Source: Felis catus
Taxonomy: Eukaryota
Direction: 5' to 3'
NCBI RefSeq assembly: GCF_018350175.1
Contig: NC_058368.1
Location: 100,690,001-100,754,000 of the forward strand
DNA length: 64,000 nucleotides
This document shows, one piece after another, positions 39,061-52,910 of this stretch. The position numbers and the translations under genes were made by a program. The notes beneath the pieces are model-generated. The model saw only the letters and a program-made list of their open reading frames with translations, searched no databases and was not told the DNA's origin. The first letter of the stretch is position 1. Each line of letters begins with the position of its first letter.

Positions 39061-39553
39061 ACAGAATCTGTCCAAGTGACTTCAAAAGTTCAATCACCTG
39101 GCCCTGACATTACATTTTTCTCCATGAAAATTATCAAACACCTCCACTGCCCAAACTTTGACAGCGTTTTCCTCCTCCAGACTCCCTGGACATTGCTTCT
39201 CTCTATGCCTCTCTCTCAATCTGCTGTCCCAGAGGACTCACATGTTCTCCTTGTGCCAGATCCCATGTGGCCTTTTTTCTGCCCTCATTTCTCAGTGGTG
39301 ACATCTCTGATCATGCTTCTCTTTCCTTTTCTCAGCAGATCTTTGTACACACACCATTACTTCAAGGTTAACACATCTAAATCCAAACGTATCGTTTCTT
39401 CAAAACAATGACGATTTTAAAAGCTCATAGTACATGAGAAAAAAATGAATGGCTTTTCTTAGCATATTGAACATTTTTATGAATGCCTACGCCTTTTTTT
39501 TTAACTGCTTTGAAGTGCATTATAGATTTAATTTTCTATGTTTACGTATCTTT

Positions 39554-39770
39554 GGGGGCGCCTTGGTGGCTCAGTCGGTTGAGTGTCTAGCTCTTGACTT
39601 CTGCTTAAGTCTTGCTCTCATGGTTCATGAGATTGAGCCCCACGTTGGGCTCTGTGCTGATGGTGCGGAGCCTGCTTGGGATTCTGTCTCTCCCTCTCTC
39701 TCTGCTCCTCCCCTACTCACTCGCTCTCTCTCCCTCTCAAAATAAATCACTTAAGCTTTTTAAAAAAATC
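39554..39770 (+). mobile_element. Can-SINE
   Basis: Head, body and tail. Confidence 0.9.
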
Positions 39771-40632
39771 AAACAAAAAGAAATTTTAAAACTCGTCTAC
39801 ATGAAGTAAAAAATAAACCAGTATTCCAAGAAAACTTGCAGACACCTGTTGGCATACAAAGATGTAAAATTCACTAGGTAAAAGAGTAACTGGTCTCTGT
39901 TTCCCCAGAAGCTTCCTATCAAAATCACTTCAGGAGCAAATTAACAAGGGCACATTTAAAGCACAGAAGGAACTTTTGTTGGACTCCAGAAAGAACTTCA
40001 AACTGTACTGATTTAAAATCATTCTATAAGCTAAGACTCCCTCTGTGGCAAATGATGGAAAATCCAACTCACACCTGCTTACCTAATCAAATAAATTTGT
40101 TGGTTCATCTATCTGCTGGTTCAAGGATAACTCCAGCTTCAGGCATAATGTGATCTAGGGGCTTATGCAGTGTTCTCTGCACTCAGTTCATCTCCAAATC
40201 TCAAATATGTCCTCCTCTGTATGTTGGCTTTATCTTGAGACTCTCTCCCTTTTCAGAACCAAGATGGCTGCAGCAGGATCAGGCCTTTCATCCTTATATC
40301 ACCAAATTCTGTGGAGGTGTGAATACTCTCCTTTCTCAGAAGACTAGCCAATGTCTTGTCTTACCTCCTTGGCTCTGATTGGGTTAGATGCCCTTCACTA
40401 TTAGTTGGCCAGAGGATTGGATATGCTAACTGGTTTTCCCCTGGAACAGGAGAAACCGGTACTCTAGGACAAATAATGACAGCAGAGGGGAATGGTTTCC
40501 CAATGAAATTTTAAAATACTAGAAAAGAATGGAAATGTATGTTGGGCAACGGTAAGTACCCACTATAATAATACCGTTATGTTAGTAAGAGACGTTTTAA
40601 ACTTTGCTTATATTTTTTATGTCTTTTCAAAG

Positions 40633-40807
40633 TTTATTTATTTATTTTGAGAGACAGAGAGACAGAGAGAGAGACAGAGACAGAGAGAGAGAGCACAAGC
40701 AAGGAAGGGGCAGAGACAAGGAGAGAAAGAATCCCAAGCAGGCACCGCCCCATCAGCACACAGCTCGACGTGGGGCTTGAACTCATGAACCGTGAGACCA
40801 TGACCTG
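40633..40807 (-). mobile_element. 5'-truncated Can-SINE
   Basis: Reverse-strand body; TSD gcttatatttttt. Confidence 0.85.
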
Positions 40808-42691
40808 GCTTATATTTTTTAAAGTAAGAAATAGAGTCATTTAGTCTTATAAGCACCATGATCTGATATACAGGTCTAAAATATATCAAGCCCAATTGCT
40901 TTGATACCTAGTGAGATATTGATTTTGTTTCTCTTTAAGTCACTGCCCTTTCCACCTTGCCTCCCAGATTTCTTTATGCAAATTTTGCTCCAGCCTCACC
41001 AATCAACTGTTCTAGATTGCTACATAGCTACTTCCTCTATGAAGCAATTGAGAAATAATGATTCTTTCTCCTAAATTTTCTCATAAATTTTAGGTTGAAA
41101 TTTGCGATTTTACCACCAATTCCCACTCTCTCGACTGTGGAAGGTATCACTTTGATGTTGGCAATCTTGCCTGCTGACCTTGAATGTGGTCATTGACTTC
41201 CCTATATAGCACTCCTGGAAGTCCCTAATAATCAAAGTTGCTCATCAAATGAAACTTACTGGCCATTTCGGATGAATACTGGGCATTATATCCTCACTCG
41301 CTCATGTTTGTAACTCTAATACCCCATGTCTTCCGAGCATAAACATTCAATAAGTGTTTGGAAAGTGGAACTTAATTGAATGGAAGGAAAACCTAAAAGT
41401 AAGTTAGACAGTGGTAACTGGTCAAAGCTAATCATGAATTAAGGATACACACTTCTAACATGAACATTTAAAATGTGAGAGCTCAGAGTTTCCTTTCCCC
41501 AAACAGTGGGTTTTCACAAAATGTGAAATAAAATCTTAATGTGCATAAAACTTTCCCTGAGGAAATGGTTGAAAACCATTTAAACCAACACCACTGGCAT
41601 TTAATTATTCCTGATCCTAAGAAATAAAATAGTTTAACAGATTCATTATTTAGAAAATATAACATGTGGCAGGTGATGTATTTGAAAAGAGGGAGGAAAA
41701 ATCCATCCTCATAGCCAGATCTGGCTGGGGAATAATTTCTGGAATGGTGGACAATTATTGTATATATTTTTAGCCAGAATTTCAGATGACCTTGTAGCAT
41801 TGGGAATTGCCCCGCTTTATAGCCCAGAAGTGATTACATAAAATAGTGTTAAAGTGATCATAGTAAGAACTACATAGGCAGTAATGTTTGCTGCTTTACA
41901 AAATACTTAGCCCAGGAGACTCTTTAAAGCTGAATGGGACAGAAAGTGCTGGTAGTCATATTAGACCTATTCCTCCACTAAAAGTCAGTGCTCAGTGGCA
42001 ACCAAAACACAGCACCATTTTCTCCAAATTTCACATCTCATTTCCCACTTGACACCAAAGCATCCAATTACATTCTTCAAAAACAGAACAGACTAGCTAT
42101 TTAGCATCATGTCATAAATGCTTCCTCACCTCACCCCCATGACTTCATATTTAAAATGTTCTGATTTGAATACACTGATAGTTAATTGCTTAAGGCCAAT
42201 CGGTGAAGAGGGTGTCGAAATAACATAAGAATTAAAAATTGTAGGGCCACCTGGATGGCTCAGTCAGTAGATAAAGCAACTCTTCATCTTCGGTTTGTGA
42301 GTTTGAGCCCCATGTTGGGTGTAGACATTACTTAAAAAGAAAATCTTTTTTAACAATTAAAAATTATAAAGTGTCGCTTAACTTAACCAACATAAAACTT
42401 CCAAGTTTTTGAGTCCAAGTTTTTGCTTTTAAATATCAGTTACTTTTCTAGTGATTTTTCTACATTTGTCATTAAGAACCTTCTAAATAGGGTGTTTATC
42501 ACGTTTTTCCTATACAAATGGTATTGTAATGTTTCCATGTAGTTGATAAGGGAATGTTGTTCTTTATGGAAGAATCCCAATTGATAAACATGAAAGATTT
42601 ATGGAACACTCAATAAAATAATAAATCCAGTAAGTGAACATCAGTGGCTGTTAACACTAGTAGACAAAACATTCATGGAGAATTTTATAAT

Positions 42692-42800
42692 GGGGCACCT
42701 GGCTGGCTCAGTCAGAAGAGCATGTGACTCTTAATCTCAGCAACATGAGTTCAAGCCCCCACCCTGTGGGGTAGAGATTACTTAAAAAAAAATAAAATCT
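42692..42800 (+). mobile_element. Short Can-SINE whose tail hosts the L1 below (another short copy lies at 42244-42345)
   Basis: ggggcacctggctggctcagtcag...gtagagattacttaaaa; outer TSD agaa(c)ttttataatgg at ~42678 and ~44772. Confidence 0.8.
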
Positions 42801-44750
42801 CCCCACCAAAAAATTGCTAGTACTAATACATGAATTCAGCAAAGCCACAGTATATAAAATCAACGTGCAGAAATCTGTTGCATTTTTATGCCCCAGTAAT
42901 AAAGCAGCAGAAAAAGAAATCCAGGAATCCCATTTGTATTTGCACCAAAAACAATAAGATACCTGGAAATAAACCTAACTAAAGAGGTAAAAGATCTCTA
43001 CTCTGGAAACTATAGAACACTTATAAAAGAAAAAGAAAAGGACATAAAGAAATGGAAAAGCATTCCATGGTCATGGATTGGAAGAACAAACACTGTTAAA
43101 ATTCCATACTACCCAAAGCAATTTATGCAATTAATGCAATCCCTATCAAAATACCACCAGGATTTTTGCAGAACTAGAACAAACAACCCGAAAATTTGTA
43201 TGGAACCACAAAAGACTCCAACTAGCCAAAGCAATCCTAAAAACGTAAAAACAAGATGGGAGACATCACGATTCCGGATTTCATGCTATATTACAAAGCT
43301 GCACTCATCAAGTAGTATGGTACTGGCACAAAAACAGACACATATATAAATGGAACAGAAGAGAAAATCCAGAAATAGACCCACAACTATATGGTCAACT
43401 CATCTTTGACAAAGCAGGAAAGAATATCCAATGGAAAAAAGACAATCTCTTCCGCAAATAGTGTTGGGAAAACTGGAAGGCAACTTGCAGAAGAATGAAA
43501 CTGGACCACTTTCTTACACCATACATGAAAAGAAATTCAAAATGGATGAAATACCTAAATGGGAGATAGGAAACCATCAAAATCCTAGAGGAGAACCCAG
43601 GCTGGAGCAACTTTTTACTAGACACATCACCAAAGACACAGAAACGAAAGTAAACATGAACTATTGGGATTTCATCAAGATAAAAAGCTTCTGCACAGCA
43701 AAGGAAACAACAAAACTGAAAGACAACCAATGGAATGGGAGAAGATATTTGCAAATGACATATCAGATAAAGGGTTTGTATCCAAAATCAATAAAGAGCT
43801 TATCAAACTCAACACCCAAAACACAAATAACCCAGTTAAGAAATGAACAGGAGACATGGACACTTTTCCAAAGAAGACATACAGATGGCTACAAGACCCA
43901 TAAAAAGATGCTCAACGTCACTCATCATCAGGGAAACACAGATCAAAACCATGATGAGATACCACCTCACACTTGTTAGAATGGCTAAAATTAACAACAC
44001 AACAAACAACAGGCTTGGTGAGGATGTAGAGAAAGAGGAACCCTCTTGCACTGTTGAGGAAATGCAAACTGGTGCAGCCATTATGGAGAACAGTATGGAG
44101 GTTCCACATGAAACTAAAAATAGAACTACTCTACAATCCAGCAATTACACTCTTGGGTATTTGCCCAAAGTATACAAAAATAGATTTGAAGAGGTACATG
44201 CATCCCAATGTTTATAGCAGCATTACCAAAAATAGCCAAATTATGAAGAGAACCCAAATCTCCAGTGACTGATGAATGGATAAAGAAGATGTGGTACACA
44301 CACACACAAACACACACACACACACACACACACAATGGAATATTACATCAGCCATCAAAAAGAATGAAATGTTGCCATTTGCAATAAGGTGAATGGAGCT
44401 AGAAGGTAGTATGCTAAGTGAAATAAGTCAATCAGAGAAAGACAAATACCATATGATTTCACTCATATGTGGAATTTAAGAAACAAAATAGATGAATATA
44501 CGGGAAAAGTGGGGGAAGAGAAGACAGGGAAAGAAAGCACAAGAGATTCAATGATAGAGAACAAACTATAGGTTGATGGAGGGAGGTGGGGGAGATGGGC
44601 TAGATGGGGGATGGGTATAAGGAGGGTGCTTGTGATGAGCACTGGGTGTTGAATATAAGTGATGAATCACTGAACTCTAATCTTGAAACCAATATTGCAC
44701 TTTATGTTAACTAACTAAATGTTAAATATACATACATACATACATACATA
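42801..44750 (+). mobile_element. 5'-truncated carnivore L1 (ORF2 3' part plus 3' UTR)
   Basis: ORF2 peptides ([37 protein letters not shown]); carnivore-type 3' UTR tgtgatgagcactgggtgttg...gttaactaact; TSD ataaaatct. Confidence 0.92.
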
Positions 44751-44869
44751 AAATCTTTAAAAAGAAATGAAAGAACTTTATAATGGAATGGTCAGGTTGA
44801 CAACACCTGAACCTATTGATCGATCATTAAAAGTATGTCAGGTAAACAGGATGTGATATACTAATAATT

Positions 44870-45367
44870 TTTTTTTTATTGTGTAATATGTTACTCCACA
44901 GTTTAATGGCTTAAAACAACACCAAGCTTTGTCATCTCACACAATTTCTCTGATCAGGAATTGAGGAGTGATTTATCTGGGCAGTTCTAGCTCAAGGAAT
45001 CTGGAAGTTGCTGTCAAGATGTCAGCTATGGTTACAGTCATCTGAGGTCTCATCTGGGACTGGAAGATCCACTTCCGAGATGCCTCACTCTCATAGCTGT
45101 TGGCAGGAGGTCTTCTCCATGGGGCCACTGAGTTTGCATTTGCCCTGACATCTGGCTTCCTGGAGACTGAGTGACCCATGAAAGAGAGAGGAAGCAGCTA
45201 TAAGGTCTTTTATGACTTAGCCTCATAAGTCACGTATCATTTCACCTACACCCTATTGTTTCACAAGTCGGTCATGCTATTCATTGGGGGGTTGGGGAGT
45301 ACTGCACAGGGCATAGATATGAGCAAGCAGGAGTCACTGGGAGCCATCTTGATGGTCATCTCCCACA
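44870..45367 (-). mobile_element. MLT1-type MaLR LTR
   Basis: tggcttaaaacaac...tctcacacaatttct...tcaggaatt...ggaagatccacttccgagatg. Confidence 0.7.
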
Positions 45368-45770
45368 AATGGAAAGCAATCCTATGAAGTATTCTTGTCC
45401 CATCTCCCATAAAACCAGTCCAGAATTAAATCAAATATCTAGAACTAACTACCAATAAAACCATCCCAGAATTAAACATCTAGATCTGACTACCAATATA
45501 TAAGAAGGGAGAGGTGAGGAATGGGTACAGGAACAAATAAACACAACACAGCAACAGTCAATTCCAGAATATGAGACAATATAAAGAGGAAGATCTGATT
45601 TCTTCAGCTAGCCAGTGATATGAAGGAATGGTTATAGATGAAAGAGATATAAGAGATAAAATGGCCAAATGATAATGATTAAAACATCTCAATTGTAAAA
45701 AGACTTTTTCCACCGTTGTAAAAATTTCAAGGACTGGGTATTAAATGGTATTTTATAAAAATTGCTTTAA

Positions 45771-46315
45771 GGGGCGCCTGGGTGGCTCAGTCAGTTAAGC
45801 GTCCGACTTCAGCTCAGGTCATGACCTCACGGTTCATGGGTTTGAGCCCCGCATCAGGCTCTATGCTGACAGCTCAGAGCATGGAGCCTGCTTCAGATTC
45901 TGCATCTCCCTCTCTCTCTCTGTTCCTCCCCTGCTCTCACTCTGTCTCTCTCTCTCTCAAAAATAAATATTTAAAAAAAATTTGTTTTAATTGCTTTAAG
46001 ATAATGGCATCATGGGCGAGTGTACCTAATGCCCTGATTTCTTACTGGTACCTGCTGGAGTATGTGAAATGCAAGGTTGTGTGGGATTTGTTTTAAAGTA
46101 ATCCAACAAGTAGCACCTGGATGGCTCAGTCAGCTGGGCATCTGACTGGCTCAGGTCATGATCTCACAGTTTGTGAGTTCCAGCCCCACACCCGGCTCAC
46201 TGCTGTCAGCGCAGAGTTGGCTTCGTATCCTCTGTTCCCCTCTCTTCCTACCCCTCCCCTGCTCACATCTCTTTCTCAAAAATGAATAAAAATTTCAAAA
46301 AATAAAAAATAAAAA
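45771..46315 (+). mobile_element. Two Can-SINEs (45771-45980, 46112-46315) within an old L1M 3' UTR relic
   Basis: Heads and tails. Confidence 0.85.
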
Positions 46316-47132
46316 TAATCCAACAAAAGTAAAAAAGTTGGGGAACAGATAAAACACGATTGGCCAAAGTTGAAAATTGTTGACATTGGCACCGGTTTAT
46401 GAGCGTTCATTCTGAATACGTTTGAAAAATCCCCATAGTTGTAAACCCCTTAAAGTCTGGGGTTCGTGGCAATAGCTAGAGGTATCCAAGGAGGCACTGC
46501 TGGATTTTTAGGTGAGTCGGGGATGAGGATGGGTCTACAGTTGTGATTCTGCCCTTCAAGGACCTCGGAGTCTGGGGCAGGGGTGAAGGCAGACTGAGAT
46601 GCAAGGGAAGGGTGGGCAGGGGCAGGGATGTCAGTTTGGAGTCGAGGCAAATGCTGGTGCTTCATGGTGATAAAGGTTTCTTGCAGGGAAGTGACCCTAA
46701 GACCAGAAAGGAAGGAAAAAAAAGTCCTGCACCGGGAGGGGGTCCACATCCTCCTATAATCCGCACTTGCTTCCTGTCCAGTCACCACTATTTCCGGTGT
46801 AACTTCCCTCCCAGGGGTAATGTTTTATCTGTGCCTGTAAGCAAATCTCTTATCGTTTCAGCTCAATTTTCCGTAACCTTAGAAAAGTTTTTGTTCTGTT
46901 TGCAGTTGAAGATTTGTTTTCAAGGGTGTTGTCAGGACAGGAAGATACTAGTTGTTTTTACTCTACCTTTCAAGCTGTATGTCTCATAGGGGTATTGGGA
47001 CAATATTTTAAAGTGTGTGATCCGTACTGATTTGGAGGAAGCCACTTTGCAAATACCGAATGATAACTATCGTGAGGATCAATTAGGTGTCACACAAGAA
47101 GACTAAGAAAGACGGTGAATTTTTTATAACTG

Positions 47133-47870
47133 CTTTATTTTATTTTTTACTTTTTTAATAAAGGAGAAAGAGAACTGTTAATAAAAGAGAGAGAATAAAA
47201 GGGAGAGAGAGAATCCCAAGCAGATTCCACATTGTCAGCACAGAGCCTGGTGTGGGCCTCAAGCCCATGAACTGTGAGATCATGACCTGAGCCAAAATCA
47301 AGAATCAGACATTTAATTGACTGAACTGCTGAGGCGCCCCTCTTTTATTTATTTATTTATTTATTTATTTACTTACTTACTTATTTTTGAGAGAGGGCCC
47401 AAGTGAGTGAGGGAAAAAGAGAAGGGGTGGAGAGAGAGAAAGAATCCCATGAGGGGCAGAGGGAGAAATAGAAAGAGAGGGAGAGAGAGAGAGAGAAGCA
47501 GGGCTCACCCAACACGGGACTCAAACTCACAAACCGAAAAAGTTCATGACCTGAACTGAAGTCAGATGCTTAACCGACTGAGACACCCAGGCGCCCCTGC
47601 CCAGGTGCCCCTCTTATAACTACTTTTAATCCTCTCATTTAAAAAGTATTTGTAGGGGCGCCTGGGTGGCTCAGTCGGTTGAGCGTCCGACTTTGGCTCA
47701 GGTCATGATCTCACAGTCTGTGGGTTCGAGCCCCGTGTCACACTCTGTGCTAACAGCTCAGAGCCTGGAGCCTGTTTCCAATCCTGTGTCTCCCTCTCTC
47801 TCTGCCCCTCGCCCAGTCTCACTTTGTCTCACTCTGTCTCTCAAAAATAAATAATATAAAAAAAAATTTT
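47133..47870. mobile_element. Can-SINE cluster: - strand 47133-47340 and 47343-47596; + strand 47655-47870
   Basis: Heads and tails. Confidence 0.85.
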
Positions 47871-48229
47871 TTTTTAAGTATTTGTATATGACTTGAATGA
47901 ACAGGCTCATTTAGGACTAATTTTAGAAGGTTGTTTAAAATGTTTATAGCTTTCCTGTATAGAAACCTTTCCTATATAGAAACATCAGCAATTTGAAAAC
48001 TCTGAATTCATAAGGAAGAATAAAGAAGTGTCCAAGGAAGAGGAAAGCCTCACTCTGATATCACCGCAGGAATGGTTTTATCAAAATCTTTCTACTAAAA
48101 GTTTATAATTTATCCTAAAATAAATTGGAGTTCCCTAGCTACTCATAGCTCAGAAAATGAGTCATTTTTTTGGTCATTTTCAGATATGATCTGTCCTTGA
48201 AAGTGGTGGTTAACAGAGAGGAAAGGTAA

Positions 48230-48672
48230 AGTATCTGGGCCGCTCAGTCAGTCAAGTGTCGGACTCTTGATATCAGTTCAGATCATGATCTCACGGTTCG
48301 TGGGTTCAAGCCCCACATGGGGCTCCAAGTTGATAGCACAGCTTTCTCTCTCCCTCTCTCTCTCCTCCTCCCCCACTTGTGCACACACACATGTGCTCAT
48401 TCTCTCTCTCTCTCCCTCTCTCTCTCTCTCAAAAATAAATAAATAAACATAAAAAACAAAGAGGGGTGCCTGCTGGCTCTGTTGGTTGAGCATCCAACTC
48501 TGGCTGAGGTCATGATCTCACGAACGATCTAGCATTTCCTGAGTTCGAGCCCCACATCAGGCTGGCTGCTGTCAGTGCAGGGCCCACTTTGGATCCTCTA
48601 TCCCCCCCTCTCTCTCCCCCTCCCCCACTCATACCCTCTTTCCCAAAAATAAATAAACATTAAAGAAAAAAA
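48230..48672 (+). mobile_element. Two tandem Can-SINEs
   Basis: Heads at ~48230 and ~48463. Confidence 0.85.
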
Positions 48673-49204
48673 AAGAAAGAGGAAAGGTGGTCAATCATAT
48701 CTCAATAAAGCTGGGGGAGAGCAGAGAAAGAAAGAGGAAATATAGTGAGTTTCAGTTTCCATAACTGAAATAAAGTTAATTATATGCCCAACTATTCACA
48801 AAAAACACTTTCTTGAGTATATAATGCCTTTGTTTAGGGAATTTGTTGAATTTTTTTGTATATCCTCCACATAAGGGATGTCATAACAATTTCAAATAAA
48901 GGGGTGAAAACCTGGACCTCGATTTTAAAAATGAAACAAATTAGTTGTAAAATGTAAAATTCTGTCACACTGATCACTTGGGGTTATGTAGAACCATAAA
49001 ACCTGATTTAATTACAACACAGTGTGCAATAAGGAATAAGTCAGGAAAAGAACACTTGTTTTCCTCCAAAGAGACCCTTTGACCCCACTTATTAGTGAGC
49101 TCGAATACGTGTGCCCATGCAGGACCAGTGTCTTTAACTGGATTCTTCCTGAGCTAAAGGATGGAGACAGCCCATGAAACAAGTATTGCACCTGTTCCCG
49201 AGTG

Positions 49205-49375
49205 TCTGGACACTTCCACTGTGGTCCCTGGAGCAACACCTTCTGTGATAACCAGGAGCTTGTTAGATAGGCAGACTTTCAGGCTCCCCCCATCCCTCCC
49301 GCATCAGAAACCATACTTGAACACATCGCCGAGACGATTTGTATCCAAAGTACATTTCGAGAAGTACTGCTCTAC
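49205..49375. mobile_element. MER5A-like relic
   Basis: tgtggtccctgga...ggagcttgttagataggcagactttcaggc...gagaagtactgctcta. Confidence 0.65.
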
Positions 49376-49904
49376 ATTATATCAGAATGCTGTAGATTCT
49401 GAATCTAGCCTTCCACTACAAATCTTAACCACTAGATGTTTGCATCTTTGCCCCTGAGATGTTCCCTCTCCATTTCTGGTTCAGGCTTTCAGGATATCAG
49501 ATAGAGCATCCTGGTCGAGACCCTAACACCTCAAGTTGTAAGTCCCTTGAGGACAGGGAACTGGTCAAAATCATAGCTGTATCCATTTTAGTTCCTGCCA
49601 CACAGGTGAAACTTAAGTACCATTTGAAGAATGAATGAAATGGATGGCCTGCAGTATTAAATGGAGGCAAGTACGAAGCCTGGCCCCTCCACTTACTAGC
49701 TGTGTGACATTGAATAAATTACTTAATTTCTCTGAGTCTCACTAAAATAGGAATCGTGATACCTAGCTCAAAGATATTTCTCAGGAGTAAATGAAACTAA
49801 ATGCATCTGGCATAATGTACACATTCCCTCCCAAGGGCGCTAGCTATTTTTTCATGTGTTAATAAAAGAATACTGTATTTCTCTCCATGTTTCACCATTG
49901 TTCT

Positions 49905-50262
49905 CTCTCTTAGTTGGCTTGGGCTGCCGTAACAAAATACCATACACTGGGTGGTTAGCTTAAACAACAGAAGTCTATTTCCTTGCGTCTCTGGAGGCTG
50001 GAAAGCCCAAGATCAAGGTGCCAGCAGGATCCGGTTTCTAGTGAAAAGTCTTTTCCTGGCTTATAGAGAGCATTCTTCTTGCTGTGTCCTTACGGCTGTC
50101 TGGTGTCATCTGTTTTTTGCAAGAACACCATTCTCATCAGATAAGAAACCTACCTGTATGACCACATTTAACCTTAATGGCCTTGCAAAGGTCTCTATCT
50201 TCAAATACAGTCACAGTAGGGCTTAGGGTTTCAACATACACATTTAAGAGGACACAGTCCTA
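49905..50262 (-). mobile_element. MLT1A-like MaLR LTR
   Basis: gggctgccgtaacaaaataccat...tctggaggctggaaagcccaagatcaaggtgccagcagg. Confidence 0.8.
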
Positions 50263-50809
50263 GCATCCCCAATACTTGGCACCGAAGGGCTCATAGTCGC
50301 AACAAATATTCTGTATGTTAGACACACCTACATCCATTACAGCAACACTAATTCTGTTTCTTTGGCCTTTTAATATCTTCATGCTCCCTCATTCCAATTT
50401 TGTGTTTGTGTAGTGTTCTGTATCCATCTTACCCATAGACCCTCTTGTGGATCTCTTGTCTAATAATTGTTACCAGTCCTAGGTTCAGCACAGTAATACA
50501 TTATTCAGCCATCTGTCTGCCTCTTGAAACTTTAAGCCTTAGATTAAGCAAATAAGCTCTCAGAAATGTAAGTACTATTTATTTCCCTATACTATATCAA
50601 GATGAAAATAGGTTAAATATATAATGACAGGAATTCCAAAAATTCATTTTGAAAAAAGATAATACAAATTAGCATCCTGTTTTGAATTTATCTCTGCTTA
50701 TTCTTCTGCTCCCTTATTCTGTTTTTAAAAAGCATGTAATTCCTTTAAAAAGGGCCATTACGTACTTACCATTCATAGCAACATTATTTTTAAAATGAAC
50801 AGGCTCTCT

Positions 50810-50962
50810 GGGGTGCCTGGGTGGCTCAGTTGGTTAAGTATTTGACTTCTGCTCAGGTCATGATCTCGGGGTTCATTTGTTCAAGTGCCACATCCTCTGT
50901 CGCCCTCTCTCTGTCCCTCCCCTGCTTGCTCTCTTTCAAAAGTAAATAAACATTTTAAAAAA
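50810..50962 (+). mobile_element. Can-SINE with internal deletion
   Basis: Head and tail. Confidence 0.85.
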
Positions 50963-52910
50963 TGAACAGACTTTGCACTAAATCCCTAGATGCTATTGTC
51001 TTCTTTCACTACTGTGATCAGGTGAAAACCATGCCTAGTTGAACTCTTAAATATCCCCTACAACTGCGCAGAGTTAGATAAAACATTTAACTCTAGAAAC
51101 AATTAATGACAGGTTATAACTCAGTAAATGTCTACTTCATTCATTGTCCTTGGTAAGAATATAAAGATGGGAAAAACACAGGTTCTTCTGTCTTGGAGCT
51201 GGTTGACTAGTGTGAAAGGCATGGATATGAACGAAAATTAAATAAAATGTAATCGTTGATTCTCTAATGAAAGTGTCTACAAGACACAAATGATTGGTGG
51301 TGTGTTAGGTATACTTTGACTGTGGTTGTAAATCGATATTGATGACAGCAAACTCCTCAAGAGCGTTGTTTAGAGTCGCTATCTTCCATTCCTCTTCTCC
51401 TATTTTCTCTTGAAAATGTGCCAGGTAAGCTTTGATCCCATTGACTCCTTTGATACAGTCTTTGTCAAGGTCACCAACTTCTCAGCCTGTCCCACGGGTT
51501 AAATTCCGTGGTAACATCTCACACATATATTTCCCAAGCCTGGATCTTTCCTCAGCTGAACTCCAGACCACCCCCTCGAAGGTAAGACAGATTTACAATC
51601 CGTATGGCATTGGTGTAATCAAAAATCGTTTCTGGGGGCGCCTGGGTGGCACAGTCGGTTAAGCGTCCGACTTCAGCCAGGTCACGATCTCGCGGTCCGT
51701 GAGTTCGAGCCCTGCGTCAGGCTCTGTGCTGACCGCTCAGAGCCTGGAGCCTGTTTCCGATTCTGTGTCTCCCTCTCTCTCTGCCCCTCCCCCGTTCATG
51801 CTCTGTCTCTCTCTGTCCCAAAAATAAATAAACGTTGAAAAAAAATTTTAAAAAAAATTATATCTACACTGAGTCCTCAATTTTCTCCCACAAACCATCC
51901 TCCATGACCATTCCCCCATCTGTTATTTGCTGCTCAGTCCTCAGCCGCTAGACTCACCCTTCATTCTTCTTACCTTGCATCCACTATGGGCTTCACCATC
52001 AAGTCCTGTTGACTCTACAGCACGACTCCAAACCGTCAGTATTTCTTGCCTGAATTCTGCAATACCTTCTAACTGCCCCCTCCCTCTGCTTCTACTCCTT
52101 CTCCCTTACCCTGGATTGTTCACCAGGCTGCCAGAGACATCCTGCTAAAATTGCAGCCAAATCACGGCACTCGTCTGCTCCAAAAGCATCCAGTAGCTCC
52201 CCATCTCACTCAAGGTAAAAGGAAACACACTGAGTGGCCTGTGGGGCCCTATGCAGTTTAACATTGCCGCCCCCACCTCCCCTTTGCCTCTCTGAACTCT
52301 CCACCAGCTCCTCTCCCCTTCGCTACTCATGTTCCACCTCACTGGATTCCTTGCTGCTGCTCAACCACACCAGTCGTGCTCTTGCTTCAGGGCCTTTGCT
52401 GTTCTCTCCGCTTGAAACACTCTTGTGCCAGATATCTTTCTGCATAGCTTGCTCCCTCACCCCCTTTTGATCTTTGCTAAGGTATCACCTTTTAAGTTAG
52501 ACCTTCTGTTCCAGACATGGTTCAATCAAAGGAGCAGAATCATATGGAAGTAGATGATAGATAGATAGATAGATAGATAGATTTTAAAAAAATTTTTTTT
52601 AACATTTATTTATTTTTCAGACAGAGAGAGACAGAGCATGAAGCGGGGAGGGTCAGAGAGAGAGGGAGATACAGAATCTGAGACAGGCTCCAGGCTCCGA
52701 GCTGTCAGCACAGAGCCTGACGCGGGGCTCGAACTCACAGACAGCGAGATCGTGACCTGAGCCAAAGTCGGACGCTTAACCGACTGAGCCACCCAGACGC
52801 CCCATAGATAGATAGATTTTAGAGAGAGAGAATGAGAAAGATTTGTTACAGAGATTGTTACATTGACTTCATGTGATTATAAGAGCTTGTTAACAGTCTC
52901 TGTGAGGCTA

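Noticed and set aside
43431..43979. Longest ORF in the window (182 aa)
   Set aside because: Frame-mosaic of degraded L1 ORF2
46543..46989. 148-aa ORF
   Set aside because: GTG start, low-information sequence, no recognisable homology
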